This document shows positions 10,492 through 18,066 of a stretch of 64,000 nt of DNA, one piece after another. The DNA lies in assembly GCA_020773975.1 (NCBI GenBank), contig GCA_020773975.1_3638.1, one strand, 5' to 3'. Each line of letters starts with the position of its first letter. Position 1 is the first letter of the stretch. The notes under the pieces are model-generated. The model ran no database searches. It saw nothing but the letters and a program-made list of their open reading frames with translations, and had not been told where the DNA came from. Source of the DNA: a phage. Both the position numbers and the translations under genes were made by a program.

Positions 10492-11068
10492 ATGGGCTGT
10501 ACTGCCAGGTTATTTTTCCGCAGTGCGGACAATTCCAGCGCACTTTCCCGCTTCGTGACCTCTTCCTTCTGTTCTGCTTTTTCAACCAATCAGGCATGAC
10601 CAAACCTGCGCCCTGAACCATTGTTCTGCGGTTAAAGTTATTGATATTGAACGTCCGGCGCTTTGCTGCATCAGCAATGGAAAATGGCAACCAAACTATT
10701 CCTGGTTCGTTTTTGTTGGCGACGCTAAAGATGGTCGCTTTACTGAAGTCATCTGTTGGCAATCCACCGTGTTGAAGCCAGTAAACATCGTTGCCGTTCC
10801 AGCTACCTTTTTTGTAGGCCACATACGCAGTGCAATCTGACTCAATCAGGCTTTCTGTAGGGATGTACTGGCAATCAACGTGCCACACAGCCATTGCATC
10901 CACACTATCAGCGCAAACAGGTTGATCGATATCTCGACCACAATTCCAGGCTTTTTGGGCTTCTTCCAGCGTGTAAACATGAGCGCGATCGATATCATAA
11001 CTGTAACCATTGCCGTTATGGCAATGGAATGAGGCGTTATTACCCACAGTTTCACGCAAGCACATCAT
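10433..11068 (-). CDS. Cys-rich hypothetical protein
   Basis: C-terminal CPHCG...C...C zinc-ribbon-like cluster; start placed at internal Met to avoid overlap. Confidence 0.4.
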   Translation of the reverse strand: MMCLRETVGNNASFHCHNGNGYSYDIDRAHVYTLEEAQKAWNCGRDIDQPVCADSVDAMAVWHVDCQYIPTESLIESDCTAYVAYKKGSWNGNDVYWLQHGGLPTDDFSKATIFSVANKNEPGIVWLPFSIADAAKRRTFNINNFNRRTMVQGAGLVMPDWLKKQNRRKRSRSGKVRWNCPHCGKITWQYSPYDFEGCRDHNCEGWVCGRF

Positions 11069-11082
11069 GTAAAAACGGTTGC

Positions 11083-11532
11083 TCACTGGTTGCCTCCGTT
11101 GCGAAGCTGTTCCGCACAATGCCGCAGGGCATCCGTAGCATCTTTAAGCGTAACCATCTCGTCATCATCCAGTCCTGCTCCCCTCGCATCCATGACAAAC
11201 GCTGCGCAAAGGTCGTTAAACACTTCAGCCCGTATTTCAGCCAGAAAAGCATCGGTGGCTGGGGTTTTGATATCATAAATTTCAGGAAGAATCTCTTCCC
11301 ATGTGACGATATCACCATTCAAATGCCAATCGGCAATCCCACTGGAGTTATCAGCAACATCGTGGACAGCTTTAATCGCTCTGTGCAGGGCTATATTCTC
11401 AGCAACCAATTCTGCACAACGAGTCTCCAGTTCTGAGATTTTCTTTTTATTATGGTATCCCTTTTCTAAAAGAGTTGCGCATTTACTACCTAGGCGTTTG
11501 ATTTCATTGGTGTACACTGATTTCTCAGTCAT
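11083..11532 (-). CDS. hypothetical protein
   Basis: ORF in GC-richer segment. Confidence 0.4.
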   Translation of the reverse strand: MTEKSVYTNEIKRLGSKCATLLEKGYHNKKKISELETRCAELVAENIALHRAIKAVHDVADNSSGIADWHLNGDIVTWEEILPEIYDIKTPATDAFLAEIRAEVFNDLCAAFVMDARGAGLDDDEMVTLKDATDALRHCAEQLRNGGNQ

Positions 11533-11752
11533 GGTTGGCTACCCCTTTCTTCAACAACTTGATGTTAGTTTTAAGTTCTGCAATTTGACACATAGCGTCA
11601 ATATTTGTGTCTTCTAACTTCTTAATTTCATCAAGAAGTGTCAATACAACCTCCGGTGTTACCATACTACGATAATCCGTCACCTCTTGATAAGTACCGC
11701 CATCTCTTGCTATCTCTGCTAACTTACGTAATTCTTGGTAGTCAATTTTCAT
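11525..11752 (-). CDS. hypothetical protein (prophage Ea22-like flavour)
   Basis: Short acidic coiled-coil ORF. Confidence 0.35.
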   Translation of the reverse strand: MKIDYQELRKLAEIARDGGTYQEVTDYRSMVTPEVVLTLLDEIKKLEDTNIDAMCQIAELKTNIKLLKKGVANHD

Positions 11753-12146
11753 AACTTGATAAGTCCTGCGTTGTTTTATTTACTACATCATATGCCTCTT
11801 TGAGCACCCAGTCAACAGCATCTTTCCATGCTCCGGTTTCGACTGGTGGATTCTCACGCTTAACCTGTTCATAGAAGCGCACTGCTTTAATCAATCCTTC
11901 TAAGGTTACAGGTGTGGTGTATAACGCCTGAATTTCGTAGTTTGGTCTGTCGTTACAATCCTCTTTTGTCGGTACATATTTCCAGTCACCAACCCACGGC
12001 TCCCCCTGAGAGTCCGTAACGCCTTTTTTCACGTAGCGATATCGCCATGCAACTGGTTGTTGGGTTGCTGCTTTAAGGCTTGGTGACGAAGATGGAAGCG
12101 CAACATTAGTCATTTCCGAGATGACAGGTTGATAACCATTGCTCAT
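11742..12146 (-). CDS. hypothetical protein
   Basis: ORF with PVAW motif shared with 12386-13048 and 61008-61418 products. Confidence 0.4.
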   Translation of the reverse strand: MSNGYQPVISEMTNVALPSSSPSLKAATQQPVAWRYRYVKKGVTDSQGEPWVGDWKYVPTKEDCNDRPNYEIQALYTTPVTLEGLIKAVRFYEQVKRENPPVETGAWKDAVDWVLKEAYDVVNKTTQDLSSYEN

Positions 12147-12321
12147 TTAAATCTCCTCCTGCCTCATATGCCACTTGTAACCAATACATAAATGTTTCAA
12201 TAGAAACACAACCACAATCCACATCAATCTGGTCATGTTGTTGTTCCAACCACTGCTGAAAACGTGATTTTTGAGTATCATTCTCTGGTTGTTCTTTTAT
12301 CATTATCACCCCCATCGGCAA
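12106..12321 (-). CDS. hypothetical protein
   Basis: 71-aa ORF. Confidence 0.3.
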   Translation of the reverse strand: MPMGVIMIKEQPENDTQKSRFQQWLEQQHDQIDVDCGCVSIETFMYWLQVAYEAGGDLNEQWLSTCHLGND

Positions 12322-12385
12322 ACTGAGTACACTGCAAAGGCTACAGCCATTACAACCCCTACCGTTGTGAATGCTTCAGGCCAAG

Positions 12386-13048
12386 TCATTGATTCATCCC
12401 CTTCTTTTTGAGCATAGCGGCACGACAGGCATTCCAGCCATCAACATAATCAAACGTATTGCTATCGTCTGGCTCGATTTCATCTGGTACTGCCAATGTC
12501 GGCTGGGCGGCAGCATTGGCAAAGGCTGCACGCAACCCTGTCTTAATCTCCTCTACCTCATCAGCACCTAGCGATGAATCTGACAGTGCATGATGGAATG
12601 CGTATGCCATGTCGTCGTTTACTGTTATCGGTTCCACTTTCTTTACTGTAAGTGTTGGCGGTACATGATACAACGGGATTACACGACGCGGGTCTGTACC
12701 TTTACCTGGTGGGTACGGCATTATCCAGCCTAAACCAATCTGATCAACATCCCGCAACTCCTCTTCGTCCGTCCATCCCACCGGTTCTGCTCTCAACTCC
12801 ACCTGCGCATTAGGGGAGGTGTAGAGTGGGATTCCTTTCCTCCCACCAGAAAATTCATTGCGAGCGTTATACTCACGACCATCTGCGTCCTCACACATCC
12901 ATGCTACAGGCTCTGTTTCCAGCACTGCCAGAGCAATTCGAGCCAGTTCTTGCGCTTCTTCTGCTGGCAGTACAACGTTGCCACCAAGTCCGTATGTTTC
13001 GCGCCATTGCTTGATTGTCAGCAGACGTTCTTTGGTAATAGTGGTCAT
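12386..13048 (-). CDS. hypothetical protein
   Basis: 220-aa ORF in GC-richer segment. Confidence 0.45.
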   Translation of the reverse strand: MTTITKERLLTIKQWRETYGLGGNVVLPAEEAQELARIALAVLETEPVAWMCEDADGREYNARNEFSGGRKGIPLYTSPNAQVELRAEPVGWTDEEELRDVDQIGLGWIMPYPPGKGTDPRRVIPLYHVPPTLTVKKVEPITVNDDMAYAFHHALSDSSLGADEVEEIKTGLRAAFANAAAQPTLAVPDEIEPDDSNTFDYVDGWNACRAAMLKKKGMNQ

Positions 13049-13050
13049 AA

Positions 13051-13242
13051 CTATTTCACCTTAATCTCAACATTTCTCACATCTAGCTCTACGGGGAGTT
13101 CTGACTTTCCGGTCAGTGCTAATGCAAGATTTTCTGGGGTAACAAGGACAGTTATTGTTTTTCCTCTCTCCAGACGAATAGCCATTCTTATCTTGTCATC
13201 ATCACCTGTGTTAGGTCGAGTAATTGATATTTGTCCGTTCAT
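13051..13242 (-). CDS. hypothetical protein
   Basis: Start moved to internal ATG (MNGQ...) which has AAGGATAAA upstream. Confidence 0.35.
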   Translation of the reverse strand: MNGQISITRPNTGDDDKIRMAIRLERGKTITVLVTPENLALALTGKSELPVELDVRNVEIKVK

Positions 13243-13274
13243 ATATTTATCCTTTGTTATTAATATGCCAATCC

Positions 13275-13400
13275 TTAACAAATAGTTATGTGAATGAAAG
13301 AAAGCAACCAAAGAATTGACTCAATAGCTGCCCAACCAATAACTGCACAAACAACACCAAGAAACAAGAAAAAACCAGTACTGGGCAAATTATTGAACAT
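13275..13400 (-). CDS. 41-aa hydrophobic peptide (small membrane protein)
   Basis: Not in the ORF track (<60 aa): RBS GGAGTGAGG then ATG; MFNNLPSTGFFLFLGVVCAVIGWAAIESILWLLSFIHITIC read by hand. Confidence 0.3.
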   Translation of the reverse strand: MFNNLPSTGFFLFLGVVCAVIGWAAIESILWLLSFIHITIC

Positions 13401-13642
13401 CCTCACTCCCTTTTTTGTTATTAACACGCTGTTGGAGGTCTTTTAGATGGTCAATATTAGAGCGAACATGCTTAAGTAGCTGCTCTTTTGTAAAGGTTTT
13501 CATGATTCCCCCTCATTGAACAGAATATCTCGTAATACAGGGACGCTTTTATCCATACTTGCTTTAAATTGTTTACTGTTCGCACTTGCCCATGTATACA
13601 CAACCATTTTAGCAGCGTCGCTCAAAGTTTCATACTTATTTC

Positions 13643-13984
13643 TTAAAGCTCCTTGAACAAATCTATGTTGTCTTGTACCCATTGCAAGCGTTCTTTGTTC
13701 TCATGGCAAGCCTTTTTAAACATTTCTCTACTATAGGGACTTGTCTGGTTGAAAGGCAATCTTTTGTCTAGCCCCGCCTTTTCGAAATCATCATGCAGCA
13801 TGTCTAGTAGGTCATCTCTGTAGCAGGACAAATGATTCACATTGCACCAATCAAATAAATTAGCGCACAAACCACAGTCACGAGAGAAAATATCAGAGTC
13901 TGGTGCTCCTCTTTTTACCCAAGCATCGTAAGAAAGGTAAAAACTTTGTAGTAAGACATGTAGCTTTGTAATATCAAAATTCAT
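13643..13984 (-). CDS. hypothetical protein
   Basis: ORF. Confidence 0.4.
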   Translation of the reverse strand: MNFDITKLHVLLQSFYLSYDAWVKRGAPDSDIFSRDCGLCANLFDWCNVNHLSCYRDDLLDMLHDDFEKAGLDKRLPFNQTSPYSREMFKKACHENKERLQWVQDNIDLFKEL

Positions 13985-14400
13985 TGTTCGAAATCTCCAT
14001 TACGAAGTTGTTCTGCATAAAGAAGGGCTTGCTTTCCCGCATAGATGATGCTTTCTTCTTGCTCCTGCTCTCCGATACGGATTGTGAGCATACCGTACAT
14101 ATGAACACCTTGAGCCATCATCTCTGTAGAAAACTTCTGTGTGGCTTCCAAACCAGGCATTAAAAGTGATTGATCTGCTGGGGTATATGCATCAGAGATA
14201 TCAGATTGTTCCCCATCAAAAACATAACAACTCTCACGAATGAACTTCTTTAGGAGTGCATTTTCTGATGCTACGTCAATGAACATACCCTCCAGTTTCT
14301 TGTAGTCATCGTAAGAAACCATGTCTGTACAGAAGGAACTCCCTTGTACAGGGGGTGATAAATAGTCACTTGGTATTGCATGTATCTTTACATTTCTCAT
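13981..14400 (-). CDS. hypothetical protein
   Basis: Start placed at internal Met (MRNVK...). Confidence 0.4.
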   Translation of the reverse strand: MRNVKIHAIPSDYLSPPVQGSSFCTDMVSYDDYKKLEGMFIDVASENALLKKFIRESCYVFDGEQSDISDAYTPADQSLLMPGLEATQKFSTEMMAQGVHMYGMLTIRIGEQEQEESIIYAGKQALLYAEQLRNGDFEQ

Positions 14401-14466
14401 AGAAATTCTCCACAAAGTGTCAGGTAGCGAAATGATACACAAACAGATTGCCTATAGCAAGTGTTC

Positions 14467-14838
14467 TTAATTAGCCAATTCAGCATCCAACGACATTATA
14501 TACTCAGGTAGCTTTCGGATGTTCTCATACAGCACAATCTCTCCGTGTGTCAATGGCCTGATTTCTTTATCCACACCAACATTATTATGGTAATCCCAAT
14601 CGGCATCAACATGGACGAAGACCAGTGTTCCTCTATTGCCAGCCTTAGCGTCCTTTCTTACGATAATCTCTCCGTCTATTGAAGGTAGGCATCTTTTGAA
14701 GAATTTGTTTAAAAGTTTTTGTTGAATTGCTTCTGCCAAGATCATTTTGTCTTGGCTATCTACGATTCTTTTGATTTCAGAGTCGTTTACTTCAACATCA
14801 ATAAGTTGTGTTGTTGTCTGGGTTCCTTTTACTTTCAT
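14467..14838 (-). CDS. hypothetical protein
   Basis: ORF downstream of polymerase terminator. Confidence 0.4.
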   Translation of the reverse strand: MKVKGTQTTTQLIDVEVNDSEIKRIVDSQDKMILAEAIQQKLLNKFFKRCLPSIDGEIIVRKDAKAGNRGTLVFVHVDADWDYHNNVGVDKEIRPLTHGEIVLYENIRKLPEYIMSLDAELAN

Positions 14839-14856
14839 GCCACCTCTTCTTTTAAA

Positions 14857-14876
14857 AAGGTGCTTTTCAGCACCTT
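14857..14876 (-). terminator. rho-independent terminator after DNA polymerase exon 2
   Basis: AAGGTGCT-tttc-AGCACCTT hairpin followed by T-run on minus strand. Confidence 0.55.
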
Positions 14877-14883
14877 ACCATTT

Positions 14884-15183
14884 TTAGTGAGAATCTGCCC
14901 ATGTGTATCCACAAAGATATTCTCCTGTAATTAAAACTGGAAGCCCCATTATCTTAGATGCTTTTTCTACACATTTTGTTGCAAGCTCTCCTACTGGGCA
15001 ATGCAGTATCCTGTATTTCCCATACACATCAGGTTCAACAATAACTCTACCCGCTTTCACATAATGTCCGTCGAAACGATGACCTTTTTCAAGCATCATA
15101 TCTACATAGCTTTGTGCCGCCTCTAAGTTAGAATGCTCCGTTATTGATTTAAATCTTTCCGGTACTTGTACCTGTATCTCATC
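14884..15183 (-). CDS. family A DNA polymerase, exon 2 (motif C to C-terminus)
   Basis: Begins DEIQVQVPERF (HDE motif C once joined to exon 1) and ends GEYLCGYTWADSH like PolA C-termini. Confidence 0.85.
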   Translation of the reverse strand, partial: DEIQVQVPERFKSITEHSNLEAAQSYVDMMLEKGHRFDGHYVKAGRVIVEPDVYGKYRILHCPVGELATKCVEKASKIMGLPVLITGEYLCGYTWADSH

Positions 15184-15501
15184 CATCAGTTCAGAGAGTT
15201 CGTTACGCTCTCCCGCACCATTACGTGCATAGCCACAAGATTTCTCCTGTGGGTCGGACTATCTCATCCTCCTGATATTAAGGAGGCCTCCCGTTTCGAC
15301 CGCACTTGCTGGCCTACTCTACTCGCTTTCACATTACTAGTGTGCTTTCGATAGTCTCTGAACGTTCATCCCATAGGGATGCTTCGCTGCGGATTAGCAT
15401 ATTGAACTTTTGCTACTTTTACGTATAAAAGCCAGCTTAGCCTTCCCGTCAATTAGAGAGGTTTTCGACATGCATTACTGCATGAAGCCACAATGTTATT
15501 T
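15184..15501 (-). ncRNA. group I self-splicing intron (ORF-less, 318 nt) in DNA polymerase gene
   Basis: P/Q/R/S-like elements AAUUGACGGGAAGG, AAUCCGCAGC, GUUCAGAGACUA, AGAUAGUCCGACC; IGS GUGG pairs with exon end CCAU; ends in G. Confidence 0.8.
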
Positions 15502-17913
15502 ATGGTAGTAGATAACCCTCCTGACACCTTGGTCGTACCATCCCCATTTCACCAATTCCCAATGGAACAGGACTCCCATGAGGTCAAACAATGAAGCACC
15601 ACCGTTTTGTTGGTAAGCATTCAGCAGAGAATGTTTAGAACGAGTCCAAATTTTACGCCCGTCCATGCCTGGAATATAGCGTCTCCCATTTGCCTCCCAG
15701 AATTTTTCCAACCACTCCCTACGCATTTTCAACCCGAAGTTACTATCCCAGAATGCATCTATTACAGCCTGTGCTCTATTAAGGGGGATACCCAGCATTG
15801 CGGCTATCTTAGGAGCTTGTGCTCCATACATAATTCCATACGTAACCCCCTTTCCTCCAGAGCGTGTTACCTCCTTTCCTGCTGCTATTGTGTATGCTCT
15901 TGCGTTTCGTTCATGGGCATCCTCTTCCATCATGATACGTAAATACTCACCACCATCAAACTCAAAAGCCCCTGCCGCTGCAATCATACCTTCTAAGTTA
16001 GATCCATCACAACCCATCAGGTAGTAGCCTTCAGGGACTGTCCAAAGACCCCGCATTTCTTTTCCCAACAAAACCTTCGGATCAGGCTTGGGCATGTTTG
16101 CGCAAACAGTATGCTTGCACCTGCCCGTGTTAGTGATTCCAGAAAAACGTGCTGGAAGTTTTCCGTCAATGTCTAAACGAGGGTGATTTAATAACCCTGT
16201 ATCCGTCTTATCCTCATCCATTGGGTCTAAAACAGATCGCCTGTTACGAAGTGATAGCCACTTAACAATCTGTTTTGCCATATGCACATCAATTTTCTCC
16301 AAATTTGGACACAGATGCCCAAAATTATCTTTTAATTGAGGAGATGTCGGTAACTGGCGTGCTTTACGCCGAAATTTCTTAAATATCTCTGAATAACCCC
16401 TTTCAGATGCATGGCGATGGTCAAACTTACGCTCTGAAATGTTGAATTTCTCATCTGAATCATTAAGGTAGTCAAGAATAAGAGATTTATACTCAGACTC
16501 TGCCAACTCTTCTATGTACTTCTTAACTAGTACATCAATTTCAGAATCTTCACGAGTCTTTTTAAATTGATCCTTAGTAACATCTTTTACGCGCCACAGT
16601 GTAGGTTTCCAACCAGCATCTTTGATCAAATATTTTTTAATATCATCCTGATTAGAGATTTTCATTGGAACCATTAAATCTGGCATTTTTCTGTTTCGAA
16701 GGTCTTCTTTAGCCTTCTCTAGAAGATCCGGCGGTAAAGGTTCGAGTGTGTTCTCTTTGGTTCGCTGGGAACGAATGAAATCACCGTATAAAGCCGGATC
16801 TTCAATGCCATTCTGGATGCAATATCTCTCCCCTGCTGCACTTACATCCCCATTGCTCTTAAAAGCTGTTTTTGGTGGAGCTTTAAACTCCAGAGCTTCC
16901 CTGTTAACAGGATAGCCAAGTTTATATTCCAACCAATTCCACCCATGATGAGATATATTACCCGCTGTGTCAAAAGGGTTAGCTGGGAATTTTGGTTGTT
17001 GAGATTTCGTCATCTCTTTTTTTGGAAGAAGTGGTTCTACCTCTTCTTCAATTTCTCGCATCATCTTATCTATGCGATCTCTTAATTTTTCTGCCTCCTC
17101 CCGATTAAAGTATACGCCTTGTATTTCTTGCTCTATCATCAAATAGTCTGTGAGCATTCTCCTACGTAATGCATTTTTCCAATTAATCTGGTGCATCCCG
17201 TGAGGTTTATCAGTGTACATAAACTGCTTGTCATCAGGCCATCGCGTACCATTTGACTCATCAATAAGAGCTTTCCACACAAGTTCGTTAATGATAACGT
17301 CTTCCCACACACGGTTTACATATTCCCACAATGGCTGATTACGCCAATCATCAATCTGCACTTTCTTGTTTGCTACACGATAACCCCATGCCAATAAGCC
17401 GTGTGGCCCAACCCTGTCACGTTTTCCTGTTACAGGGTTCAATACAGAATCTGGGCAGCCATTAGGCAATGGGCGATCTGGGTAAAGAACACGACTCATT
17501 GAAAGAGTGTCGTAAAGATTTACCTGTTTATTACCTATCGTCCCCATACATTTTAGGTCTTTGAACATGTCATATTCAATCCCAGAAAGTTTTTTCCACA
17601 GACGTAAATCATAGCCGAACAGGTTATGTATTGCTATCCCTCTTGGCTCGGTCTGCAACCAAGAGTAAAAATCATCATAAGAAAGGATACGTAAATTAAC
17701 ACCTTCTTTGCTGCGTGCAAAATTAACTGCACTCTGGTATTCCTTGTGAGCAGGATCGAGAAACAACACCCAGTTATTTACAGCATATTCTTTAAAAAGT
17801 GTGCAGTGATATTTAGTTGCCTCTTCTAATAATCCGTCAGCTTCGTTATCTCCGACAAAAAGCCCTTTCATACTCCTCCTATTCAAGATGGGCTTGACTG
17901 TATCGTCGCCCAT
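15502..17913 (-). CDS. family A DNA polymerase, exon 1
   Basis: Motif B RSGGKGVTYGIMYGAQ; ORF runs 2 codons into the intron before a stop. Confidence 0.85.
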
Positions 17914-18066
17914 CTCTTAGTTGGTTATAGATTATGTGGAAAACTACCTATTTTTGATTTATGTTTCTTTGCCAAAGGGCTTCTCTTGGCGGGAATGTAC
18001 CCCTCAAGCCCCTTGGCAACACGAATAGCTAACTCATCATATTTTACATGTATCCTCTTTTTTCTC

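Noticed and set aside
10433-11119. N-terminal 17 codons of the 228-aa ORF
   Set aside because: They overlap the preceding gene by 37 nt; an internal Met (MMCLRETV) is the more plausible start. Boundaries in this segment remain uncertain.
15496-15501. Taking the stop at 15496-15498 as the true end of the DNA polymerase
   Set aside because: The protein would then lack motif C (HDE) and the C-terminal domain, both of which are encoded in frame 318 nt downstream; the last two codons before the stop are intron sequence.
15607-15942. Plus-strand ORFs inside minus-strand genes (for example 15607-15942, 18299-18604, 19211-19489, 5154-5612, 27731-27943)
   Set aside because: Fully embedded in long well-supported genes on the opposite strand, with no RBS and no recognisable motifs.
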